Shown: piece by piece, positions 1 through 13,717 of the stretch
Layout of the letters: every line of letters begins with the position of its first letter
How positions within the stretch are numbered: position 1 is the first letter of the stretch
Assembly (NCBI GenBank): GCA_021613535.1
Contig: CP075493.1
Location: 9,052,001 to 9,116,000 of the forward strand
DNA length: 64,000 nt
Origin: Adineta vaga
Taxonomy: Eukaryota > Animalia > Rotifera
Reading direction: 5' to 3'
Notes under the pieces: model-generated
Told to the model about the DNA's origin: nothing
Seen by the model: only the letters and a program-made list of their open reading frames with translations
The model's database searches: none
Translations under genes and position numbers: made by a program

Positions 1-784
1 TTTCTATGTGGACATATGTAAATTTGTCCATATCAAAATTCAACTTAAAGATTATTTTAAAATGATTAGTTATTTAATAAAAAAATCGACGTACTGATCG
101 TTCAGTGAAAAAGAAAGAAATAGAAATAAAATCCATTGACTTTTTTTTAACTAGAAGGTTATCATTATCGTCGTTACCCACGTTTGATGATTCAGTCAGA
201 GGACGTTTTCATTCAATGCTAACAATTATATGTACATATACGAACATATATATATATATACATATTACGTTGTCGTGTTACGCTCGACAACGATTATTTT
301 TGCTCTTCTATCATACGATTCATCATTAACACATGTATATTCCCTATGCTGAGTTTGATCAAATTGTAAGATACGAGTCAGTTAGAGAGTCAAATGATAT
401 GTAGATATACATGTCTATGTACATGTTTCTAGACATAGACTATGACATATTGAAATTTTTTTTCGTATTATCCTCTATAAATAGATACTTACAATTCTGA
501 CTTTCACAAAACATCATTATCATTATCGACAGGTGGATGACAGGAGAGACAACGTGTTTAAATTAATGACATTATTTTTTTTCTTCTAATTTACAAAACA
601 GGGTCGTAGAAATTGAGTACAACAATAGTTGTTACAAAGACATTATGTTCTTTCTCTTGTTCTTCATTTATTATGTTTTGTATAAACTCGTTCGTCTCAT
701 TTTACATTCTATTTTCATTGAATAGAAGATTAACATATTTAACATTTTATTCGCATGTCATTTTTTGTATATTTAGAAACGAAG

Positions 785-1877
785 ATGGTAACATTATTTG
801 ATACACATTCGAATCAGAGTAATACATGTTTTGCTTGCGGATCGTTGGTCTATGCTGTAGAAAAGAAACTCACAACAAATCATGTGAGTTATTTAAAGAA
901 GAAACAAGATATTTTATCATTGGAAATTGTCTTTTAGGTTTATCATAATCGATGTTTTCGTTGTCGAATATGTAAACGAAACTTAACTGGATATTCACTT
1001 AATGAAGAAGGTGATGATATTTACTGTGGAAGTAAGTCAAAAACAAATGTCCGCCTTCTTCTTCTTCATCTTATAATGATTATTTGACTTAGATTGTTAT
1101 CGACGAAAATTACGAGGCGATTGTAATAGTTTTGAATTTTATCGTGCAGCTGCAGAAAAAGCACAGTATGTTCACAATCGTCATCATCCAGATGCAAACA
1201 ATGGTTCGATTAATTCACGTTCAAGAAGTCTTCGCGAATCATCACGAAATCCATCCTTGACATTGAGACATTTAGAAAGACAATTTCTGTCATATCGCGA
1301 ACCAAAGACTAACAATCACGATGAAGTTTGTTGAATTCGTGTTTCTTCCATATCTTTATTTCTTTACATTCTTTTTTGTTTCATTTAGTTAATCAATGAT
1401 ATTGCACAAAAACCTCTCTTCACAACGCAACCTTTAACGATCAATACTAGCTTTTCACTACCTGTTAATTTAACAAATATTCGACATGATGATTTATTAC
1501 TAACAAAAAATGAACCGTCACCACGTTTATCACGTCTTTTCTCTCCATCTCCAACGATTCGTACTGAAACAACGATTACACCACGAATTAGTTCTCATCC
1601 AAACGAGATTATTCTTAATACAGAACCAAATAAATCAATTGTTTCACCCACAGGCAGTGCAACGGGTGGTATTGAATTTCGTTTACATAAAAGTAGTATT
1701 GATTTAACTAATATTACATCACCAACAACAAATCGTAAAAGTATAATTATACCAGATCTCGATAAAAATAATGATGAAATAGAAAATAAATTTCGCTTTC
1801 CTGATATTAAAATTACATCGATACGTCGACGAAGTATCAGTGCACATCCACGGAAAAAAATTATTCATGCTGAATAA
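785..1877 (+). CDS. Single LIM-domain protein (CRP/CSRP-type LIM) with a long low-complexity tail; multi-exon
   Basis: Spliced translation CFACGSLVYAVEK...VYHNRCFRCRICKRNL...DIYCGNCY fits the LIM consensus CxxC-H-xxC-xxC-xxC-CxxC. GT-AG introns at 884-937, 1032-1092 and ~1327-1388; stop TAA at 1875-1877. Confidence 0.8.
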
Positions 1878-2716
1878 AATGAAAATATCTTGTATTTTTT
1901 TAACATTTAGTAACAGTAAAATTTCGATGGAATATATATATATATATACATACATACATTTCATGTCTTTTTCAATTATATTAACTGCTTAAGAGAGTCA
2001 ATAAGTTTGCTTTTTTTTTCAATTAGAACATCGAGATTTCCCGAGAGACAAGGTCACACATATGGTTCTAGTGACTCACCAATCACACTATTATCATTAT
2101 CACTTCTTTCTGTTTTTTTGCTTGAATCATTATTGATAGAGAGAATACGCATGGACATGATCACATCTGTTGTTCCATTGATCATAAAGAAGAATACATG
2201 ATGATGTTTTTTTAAACTGTTTATAGACGGCATCTATCAATCAAAAAGCAACCAATCGATAGAAGTTAAGAGAAAGTCTGGTCGATGAAATCTGATTGGA
2301 TCAGCATCGGCCTACTGATACTACAATCGACACGTTTTATTTATTTATTTGCTTTTTATAAAGCAAAGTTTTTCAAACATCTCGTTCTTTTCGATTAATC
2401 ATATCTCCACGTTGACAAATAAATCTTCATAATTGTCCTAATGACTAATTGATGTTGACAAAGTTCGATTGTCCACCTCCATTGTAAAGATCTATACAAA
2501 ACAAACGAGTAAAAAGAAAATTATATCAACCGTTAACTTATCATCGTCAGACATTATCATTATATTCTAACAAGTAAGATGATGAGCCGTATCGAAAACA
2601 AATTGAAATTGTCATGATTGATGTATTAATAGAATGTGGAACGAATCAATATTCATGATCATATTTTGTTTTTCATTGTAGATTGTTTTCTTTTAAAGTC
2701 TTCAATCATATAAAGA

Positions 2717-3797
<1,081 letters not shown>

Positions 3798-4501
3798 TTC
3801 TTGGAAATATAGAATAAAAAAATCTCTCGTTGGTTTCGCGTCTCATGAATATTGTATTCCTCTTTCTAACTTATATTCTTCTACTACTAAGAAATACCAA
3901 AAATACATACACCAACTAAAAATCTTTCTACAATGCATTCTTTTCTTCTTCTTCTTTTCTTTTCGTTCGTGAAATAAATTTTCTTGTTTTTTTCGTCTTA
4001 GGCAAAGAGAAACAAAAACAAAACATTACAATAAAGGACAAATAACTCCAGCTTCGGGTCTTCTCTTCCTTGTTCGTCTTTTTTATTAATCTGTACAAGA
4101 AAAACAAATACGTTCATGTTCTGTTTTTTTTTATCCTATATACATATATTATTGTCATTTGTTTTACAAAAAAGCCGTTTTCTGTGTGCGTTTGATTTGA
4201 AAAATTTGTTTTTTTTCCTCTTGTTCTCAAACATATTTCTCTACTATGGTGAACTATGATCAAGGAGAATTAAAATGATCTTAAATCATATATTTAAAAA
4301 AAAAAGAATGCGTGCTTTTGAATTATTTAATCGTGCGTTCAATAAAAGCACCGTTATCGAGGAATAATTCTAAATGAGAAAATGAGAATCAACTAATAGT
4401 TTGTAGTAAATTACAAAAAAATGAAAGTCTATTTAAAGTAAACATTAATTGCCAACAGTATAAAATAAATGAATGTTCGCCTGAAAAGACATAATTAACA
4501 T

Positions 4502-5975
4502 TTACGAAGAATTTCTAAAAGATTTTAATAAATTGTGACTAAGTCGATTGTGTTTATCATGTGAATCTGTTAATAATGTTAATCCCGTTGATGGCATTAA
4601 TGTACTGGTTCGTCTAACATAATGAAACGTAAATTCTACTCCAGTTAAACTATCTTGATGTCTATTAGATACCCATTCACCTTGAAGAGCTATTTCATAA
4701 TCTTCATTTGGATTCCAAACATCAGATTTAAATTGTTCACGTTCATCATTCAGATATGATTGCGGTATTGACATATGACAATGTTTAATACAAAATAAAC
4801 ATAAAAAACTTGATAATTCTCGACGAAAGCGTTTGCCAAAGAAAATATAAAGATAACATTGTGAAGCTGAATTGAAAATAAGAAGAAATTTTGCAAATTC
4901 ATCGAGATGTTGAAATATTCGATAATGAAATGATATGTCAATATAGTAATGTGGATCATAAGCAAAAAAAGCAGCAAATGGAATCGACGGTATTACACAA
5001 AGAAGGTAGATGGAAATAACAACAACAAGCATATAAGTAAGATCATTACAATTCTGTTCGAAGGGATTCATTTCACGATGTCGCCGTTTTGTTGCCGACA
5101 AAGTTTGAACAAGATGAAAATTTAGAATTGATATGACAAGAAATGGAACGATACGAATGAGTAAACAATTAGCAAATAATGTCACGACAATACGAAATGC
5201 AACTGATTTACCGAGATCACTTAAGCTGGTTACCCAAAAGATTGGTGTTACAATGTAATTATGTTTTGAAAAAGTGAAATTTTCTGTGCTATTCTTTTCT
5301 GTTGGAAGGTATTGTATAAGAGGATGACATGTTTGAGCCAATAAGTGTGGAATAAAATAACTGATTGCAAATAGAAGACAAAGAAGAATAACATAGATTG
5401 TATTTCGACGTGTACAACGATGTTTACCAGTAAACGGAAAACAAATCATTATATATCGATCTACAGTAAAACCAATGGTGATCCTAGAAAGAAACTTATT
5501 GAAACAAATTTAAACTATTTAAGTCTCAATTTATTACCATGTTGATAATGCAATTGAACTTGAAGCAAGAGCTTTTGCAGTTGAAACAATCGAACAATTT
5601 TGATGACTTGGTTCAAGAAACATTTCAACTTCGAACGTAATGGCAGATACTAGTGTAACAATATTAGAAAGACACAATGCTGTCAGATAAGTATATGTAG
5701 ATAGTGTACGCATTCGTCGACGAAGTAATGTATATACAGCTAAGATATTTCCTAAGAAAACACATTGAGAATATCATCTATGCGTTTTCTTCAGTAAAAA
5801 AGAAAACAATCTTACCAATAATACCGATTAAACAAACACCAACTATGAACCAACGAAATGAAGGACCAGTGGGACGTGCTGCCAAACCATCATCATAGAG
5901 AATTTCATGCCAGCTTAAGTCAGATACATCAGGATCTATAGTTTCCATATTACTCGAATCATTTGCCGTAGACAT
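4502..5975 (-). CDS. Rhodopsin-class neuropeptide GPCR (FMRFamide-receptor-like), 3 exons
   Basis: TM1 IVGVCLIGIIGN, TM2 YLTALCLSN, TM3 TIGFTVDRYIMICFP, TM5 IVPFLVISILN, TM6 YLLCVIP, TM7 NSASQCYLYIFFGKRFR. Confidence 0.9.
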
Positions 5976-7534
5976 ACGTGTTTGTTATAAGCGGATTATA
6001 AGCAAAATCTAGAAGAAAATATCAGATAATGATGTTTTGATCATATTGTGAAATATAAACATGCCAAATAAGAAAATAAATAATATCGAAATCAGTGAAG
6101 TCATGTCTATAAATCACACCTTTTTCATCACGTTTTTACTTATGATAATTAAACAACTTACTATCTTTTCTCGTTTAGGTTGATGGAGGAACTTTTTTCT
6201 ATTCTTTTGTCTCGTTTTTTTCTTCTAATGTTAGAAAATAAATATATCTACACGGTTAGCGTGATGTATCTGCCGGTAAAATAAAACCATGTGTATTTAA
6301 TGAAGCTCCACCTTTCGGTAAGAATAGTTCAAGTAAAATGTTAACAAGAATTGTCAGTTTATCTCTCTATAAAAAATTTATCATTGGATATTTTTCATAT
6401 TCAATGAATTTCAAATATCAAGACAATCACACGATTGTTCTAGTCGATATCTTCCATTCAATCATTAAAATGACATGGGCATTTATTTAACCACGATAAT
6501 ATAAGCACAAAGAGCTTTTAGTTCATTATTTTACACTGTAGATTTAAGTGTTGTATTAATTTGTTAATAATATATTTCTGTATATGTGCACTCGAATAAC
6601 TGGATTTTTGATGATGTTCATTAATATAGTCATGAGATGTCTTTCATCACCAGTATTATAAGATATATTAATACTTGTCCGAACGATATCCTCAATTACG
6701 CTTAATTATAAATAACCCATATTGTCTAATATACTCACTGCTCAGAGACATATAGCTTCAATAAATGACTGACTTTTCTTTTTTTTTCTTTTATAATTAC
6801 TATCGAGGAATGAACTAAAACAATATTTTTCCCTATGATTAAATGTAATAATAATATTCACATGAGATAAGAAAAGGATATTATTATTGCCGGAAGAAAA
6901 GCAAGTTTTACAAGATTGCCTTTGATGTCCAATCACACAAATATGAAGTCATTCGAATGAGATGTACAATTGATCATATGGTGTAAAACTTTCTACTACT
7001 CATCAATATCTTCGTGTATTTTCATTCTCGGTAAACACTAGTAAAGAATAAACAAAAGAAGATTGTGAATGTAGAGAAATGCATCAGACAAATGAAAGAC
7101 TTTTAGATTTCAAGTGTTTACATAGTATTACATTACTAAATGATTCCGTCGTTGTTGTTGTTGTTGTTGCAAAAAACATTTTCGCATTTTATTTAAATCA
7201 AATAAATAATACGTTACAAGTATTTTTCGAAGACATTATCTTCTTGATAAAATTTTTCTAACTGATCATCAAGTTTATCATTACGTTACATTAATGATAT
7301 AGCATTAGTTAGTTACTATTCCATAACGAAATCATGCAAAGATTATTCAAAAGAATTTTGATATTTCTCAACTACATACTTATTTTAAAAGTTCAATAGA
7401 TATTAGTTTACAAAAACAAAACGAAAATGTTAGTAGAAAATAAATGCATAATTAATAAAATAAAATTGAAAAAGAATTTCATTTAAAATAATTGTTTGAC
7501 GATTGTCACTATTAGTCCAAAAATCAAACTCATC

Positions 7535-7837
7535 TTAGAGACATTCAATATATTGCCTATTTTGACAGTGTCTACAAAATAAATATGTGATTAGTACAGA
7601 CTGAAATCAAGTTCATTCAAACATTTACCCCCATGTTGAACCTAACACACAAGATTCAAAGGAGCCTATACACGCATTGTCACATATATATGGGTCACAT
7701 ATTGTTGACAATGTTTGGTAAGTGCCATATCCAACGAGTTTACGATCATTTGAACAAAAACAATTACATAAATAATCACTGTTCACAACAGTTAATACAC
7801 ATACGAGAATGAGAATAGTTGCAATCATTGTTGTCAT
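7535..7837 (-). CDS. Small secreted cysteine-rich peptide
   Basis: Signal peptide MTTMIATILILVCVLTVVNS, then DYLCNCFCSNDRKLVGYGTYQTLSTICDPYICDNACIGSFESCVLGSTWG. A probable short intron (~7572-7628) adds HCQNRQYIECL*. The 3' exon frame is uncertain. Confidence 0.6.
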
Positions 7838-8514
7838 GTTTTGTAAAAACAATAAGGTTCGACAAATGAAAGTAAAAAACATGAAGTCTCCATTGACTAC
7901 CACTTTCTCTCTTTCGAAGTTGTTGTTTTTTCCTAATCACTTTCTACGTTGTGTTAATGGTTGATGCACGAAAATGTTTTTGTCATTTAGTAAGTCTGGC
8001 GAGTCAGGAGAATAATTTTAATGTATTCTGTACTTCTTTGCTTTCTTTCTTTCAAGTTAATATTGTTAAACAACTGTATTTGCGATGCTTCTTTTTTCAA
8101 CAAAAAACGTCAATAGAAATATCTATTTATAATCTATTCTCTGAAGTGCAATCAAAAGGGTACGAATTATAAAATGTTCATTAGCTTTTTATTTACTTGT
8201 TGGATCTATTGTAGCTGTTAAGCAAGATTCTCAGATTCAAATGGATATATTTTCATTTTGTCTTCATATTCAACTCTGATATTTGTATTTTTTAACCATA
8301 GTTTCGAATAAAAATAATAAACTAAAACACAAATCATTTGGTCATACGTGATCTACTTGTGTTTTATACTATCAGTTAATTATGAAATGCGAACTTTTTC
8401 GATTGAATTCCGTTGAAGAGAGATATTTTATTTCGATACTTTATTGTTATGGTTAAATGGCCATAAACACATGACAGTATCATTAAGAGAATAGTGTAGT
8501 CATGAATATATAGC

Positions 8515-9810
8515 TCAACTGTCATCTTCTAATACATTGATTAGATTCATAGTTGCCAATTTCTTGGCTAATTCAATGGCAAAGTCTTTTCCTCGATTCA
8601 TATTCGCTTCGGAATTCGGTTCGATATGATCAGACCATCGAGTAGGAATCCATTGTGTACCATGCAATGCACCAATAATATCTCCAATCATAGCAGCGAT
8701 AGTATCAGTATCACCACCCATATTCACTCCACGAATAAGACATTCCTCTGGTTCTCGATAACTTTCACAGATGACCCATAGAACGCATGGTACTGCTTCA
8801 ATTGCTTTTATTTGAAATGTATTACCGAAGGCTCTCACCATATCGATATCTGTTCTATACAATAAGAAAACATAAATAAAATTTTATAATAACAATCAAT
8901 CTTAGAGTATGTAGCAAAGTTTTTTCTTTAATTTTGATTATGAGATGAGAGATGAATGAATGGATATTCGCTGCTATGACAAAGAGTATCTAGTTCGAAA
9001 ACGTCTCATAGTACTATAGGAAATACATACATCTTTGGCTTAGTACTTTTTATATCTGCTTGATGTTGTTGAGTATAGAAGTTGATTAAGTTTTTAATTT
9101 GATCTTTCATACTCTTCGTACGTGCTGTTTTTCGAAGAACACTAAGAAATTGATAGGGATCAAAAGTATCAATCGATGGACATCGAAGAGCTAAGATAAT
9201 GGCTTTGGCTAGAACAAATGCTCCGTCTATGCCTTCTGGATGAACATGAGAGGAAATAATAGCCATTCGAACAGCTTCATACAATTGTTCATTAGATGCA
9301 TGACGAAAAGCGAGAGCAATCGGAGCAATTCGCATTGCTCCACCATTTGCAAATGATCCATCTTTAAAAACAATACGACCACATTCACGGTAGTCTATTT
9401 TGCCTTCGAGCACACACTTCAAAAAGAAAGATTCTAATAAAACAATCAATACAGTTCAAAACAAAATATGTTACCCGCATACTTTCTTGAGCAGAATCCG
9501 GATAACCTCGTTTAATTCCAGTAGACCAAAATTCGGCATAGGATTTTGCAGCATGTTTTGGTTTCAAACCATTGTTTACAACTAGACTATAAGCTAACGC
9601 AAGCATTGCATTAGTATCATCCGTATACATATGAATACGAGAACCCATTTCTGGTATCCCCATATGAGGTGCTTCGATATCATCACGTACAATTCCATAT
9701 TCGTGTTTGATTCTTGACACTGTATACCCTTCAACACCAGCACCTAATTGATCACCAATCATGTGACAAAGTAATGAACCAATGCAACGATCTTCTATTT
9801 CAAAATCCAT
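8515..9810 (-). CDS. ADP-ribosylglycohydrolase (ARH3/DraG family)
   Basis: Motifs IGDQLGAGVEG, YTDDT, RGYP, GSFANGGAMRIAP and GGDTDTIAAMIG...GALHG lie in three ORF segments joined by introns. Confidence 0.92.
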
Positions 9811-10415
9811 CTTTACCTCTTTGCTCAGAAGTATTCATAGGAAATATACAACTCAGATAGTTTTTCATTTCTTAGGTTCGTAAACTTTAACTTTTGAAAA
9901 CATATGTAGACGGATGAACGACTCCTTTTATAAGATATAAATGAAATATTCGTCATATGGAATATAACCCATTTCATAAAAATGTAAATAGCATACGTAT
10001 AAAACTTACGCAATAAAAATAAAAACGAGTATAGGAATAGCAACATCAATCGGTAATAAAAAAGAAACGAAGACGAATCAGAGAGTAAAGGAAAAGAGGG
10101 TGTGACACTCATTTCATGACTGTACAAGGAACCGTTTGAATATCATTCACTATCAACATTCATCAGATGTATTCCTACTATTTGGACGTTATACATGAAA
10201 AATATATTTTATCGTTAAAATTAATTGGAATAGTATAAATAAACATCTTTCTACGACTTTTGACAGATATATTTCGTATGAACTTAGATTTTATTATGAG
10301 ATTAAATGCATATAAAACTAATATAATCGACTAAATGTCTTTCGAATGCATCAAATCATATTACTAATATTCTTTGTTCGAACCGGGCTTACAAAATAAT
10401 GTGAAAGAAAAAGAA

Positions 10416-11591
10416 TCAACTAATATTAATTTTTGATGGTTGTGCAATATAATATCCACAAAATAGTCTCCATGGTGCAAGATTTGCTGTTGATGGATTG
10501 ATAATTGAAGCCCCTCTATTGTCTTTGTTTGTTATGGCTCCAGCTAAACATTCAAATCAATGCAAATAAACGATTCTAACGTTATTGATCGACTTACCTC
10601 CTGGTTTATGAGACCAATAACCACTTGCATCCTATAAAAATGAAACGTTCAAAAATTATAAAACGTTGAAATCTTTTACAAAACAATAAATCTTACCTTT
10701 CGTACCCAATGATAATCAGCATTTGGCCATAGAAGTAGAGCAACAAAATGACCAATTTTAGGATGACCACGTGGTAATGTTGTTCCATAGTAAACAAGAC
10801 CATCTAGTACTGCAGCTTTTCGTACAGATTCACATGTAATTGCTGAGAATTTGTTTCCACTATGACGACCTGCAAAGAAAAAGAATCATTCATTTTATTT
10901 TTGTTCTAAGAAAATCAATTATACATCAATATGACCTGGTTGAGGAAATGTATTTGTAACAATATTTGTTCCTAAACAAAAAAATAATATTGATCAAAAT
11001 GAACTATCAACGATGATTACCATAGGCATAGCAATTATTTTTCGATTGTTTCTTTACAAAACATCCTCCATTTCCTGTCAATGGATTGTAGATTGGAACT
11101 TTATCTGAACCTTTAATTGGTACATGATCACAATTAATACGTGTTAAAACAACATATTTAGTCAAAACTATCGATCGTCCGAGATGTTCGCTAACATGAC
11201 GAATAATCGTTGGAGTAAGATACAATCGACCACTATTTAATAGTTGCTTTTCAAGAGATGTTAATCCATGAACAAATATTTGTTTTTCTGCAGAACAACT
11301 AATGGTAAAACCATGATATCCCATGATTCGTGTTGTGAAATTGACCGGTAATAATTGACGATGATCATACTCTTTGAGAATTTTTTTCACGACATTTTTT
11401 AAATTAACTATTTGTGTTGTATTTATCATCCAAACTGGATTTGGTTTTGCAGAAAAAACATGAAGAGTTACTGATGGATGTAAACAATCTAATGTCAATA
11501 GATCATTTAAATCTTCTTTCGATGATTGATCATCACTTGTCCATGAAAATGAGACGAAAAGGCTGAACAACAAACAATGAATGAATTTCAT
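10416..11591 (-). CDS. Secreted protein with a C-terminal putative papain-fold (Cys-His) domain, NNCYAY...YHW...WSHKPG family; 5 exons
   Basis: Signal peptide MKFIHCLLFSLFVSFSWTS. Spliced C-terminus NNCYAYGTNIVTNTFPQPGRHSG...AAVLDGL...HFVALLLWPNADYHWVRKDASGYWSHKPG...FCGYYIAQPSKINIS*. Confidence 0.75.
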
Positions 11592-13717
11592 CTAAAAATG
11601 TAAAATACTCCAGATACATTAAGTCGAATAGACTGGACAAATTGAAATTATTCACACACACACACCCATTCTTTTCAATAAACTTATAGGATGTGATAGA
11701 GTGAAAAAATTTTCAATTGTTTATGTCTAAATATCTTCGTTGACAACGAGATTAACCTATTAATCATCATGTCACATTAATATCAACGAATGCATTTCTT
11801 TTTTCACCTTTTCTATTGCCTTCGGTATTAAAATGTTAGTCAAAATTCTTATGATTAAAATATCAAATAACAAGGACACATTTATCAACTAGATTACAAA
11901 TATGTTTTTTTATAATGATTAGAAGGGCAATTTCAGTCATGATTTATTTGCATTCCTCGAATGTGGTTACGTTTAACCGCAATAGAATATTGTTTTACTT
12001 TCATGAGAAGAAAAAGACAGATTTAATAGTACGGTAGAATTTGAACAACGAAGAATTGGAATAACTTCTTCGGTATTTTATTTGAAATGACAATCATTTA
12101 GCCATAATAAAACATATAAATTAGATATCAATACATGATGAGTAATAGTTAGATTGATGATAACAATATATGTATTTTATAAGCTATGATTATTACTAAC
12201 ATTTAGTTGTTATTTTATATATAAAAAGATACACGTAAAATATAATCGGTGTGGATGAGAACTATCTAGATATGGAGAGATTTATTGAAGAAAATGAATC
12301 AAAATAAATTGATTAGTAGAGATATAATATTTCTATTCATCATCAATGAACATGGAGTTGAAATAATGACGTTTATCACCGTCTCCGAAGCAAGCATGAA
12401 CAGCCGTATCCAACTCTTTGATTTCTTCAGATATGCTACCTTCAAGTATCTTTCACCCACTGTATTGATTATATTATCATACGTTTCTTGATTTTTCCAG
12501 CAAATCGATAGTATCTATCTTGAACCGTATTGTTTGCACAAGCAAAACCAATGATTGAAACCAGAGCAACGTTGAGTAAATGAGCCATACCTGAATCAAT
12601 CTAAGTAGTGCTATATGATGAATTTGAAAAGTACTAAAGTGAATGTAATCCTGTGGATCATGTAGGCTTCGTAAATAATAAAATAAATAAATACATCGGC
12701 GTCTATTATCATGAAAGATCTTCAAGGTTTTTATCAATAATGTTAAGTTGTTTATAATTGATTGCAGATATACTGTTTGTTCTCTAAACAAACATTCATA
12801 TGCGTAGTTTTTTCTGTAACCAAGATATGATCAATAAGAACAACGAAGTTTTCAAAAAATTTTATCCATCCGCTTTTCCCAAAATATTCGACAATAACAG
12901 AAATAGAATGAGTTACTAAGTTCTACGAAATCAAACGTATTTTAATGACAAAGTGATATCCTTTAACTATAATGTATTACTAAATAAAGTTTTTTTTCGC
13001 TGCTTTCTCTATTCCCATCATAGTATCTAATCAACTGAACGACACTGACATAGATGCGGATGGATAAAGCATATTGTATAGGTTGTTTGATTGATATCAC
13101 CTATGTGCTCACTTATGATGATTGTTCTATGATTATCTTGAGGGTGAAAATAAGGAAATATGAAGAAACGAAATAAAAACGTGTCTGTACTCATCCAAAA
13201 CACATGACCGACAAAAGGTAGATACTCACGTGCGAATAAGTAACGATCAATTGAACAACGATTTTTCTTGAAATTATAACAATAAAAAAAGTAAATAGAA
13301 GATATATGATGGAATTAGTAATGAGTGAAATATATTTAAAAAAAGTATTTTTTTAATTTCATTCTCTACTACTTCCTAAACTGTATCAAAAGTATACGAA
13401 TGGCATCAAAAGATGTAATACGAAACGTTTTACACATTTCACGTGACCAGCTGTACCATGCATGAATTTGTTGTTTTTGAAACATAAAAAAACTCTAAAT
13501 ATCGTATCATGAATCTCTTTTTACATCAATTTATCTTATTCTCGTTCTTCAGTTCTTTTCTTTGCTCTTGTGATGTCACGTTCTTTCTCATACACCCATA
13601 CCCACACCCTCAAGATGGAAAAAAACATTTTTTTTGTTGGATTAATTCAAGAAATATTTATTTGTAAAATGATAATGTAGAAAGAGTTTCTTTTCTGGAA
13701 AAAAACAAATGTTTTTT

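Noticed and set aside
105-780. Short ORFs 105-329 and 613-801
   Set aside because: Non-ATG starts and low-complexity AT-rich translations; more likely UTR/intron of the LIM gene.
6560-7080. Possibly coding-like stretches between the GPCR and the Cys-rich peptide
   Set aside because: Frequent stops and no recognisable motif; a pseudogene call cannot be supported.
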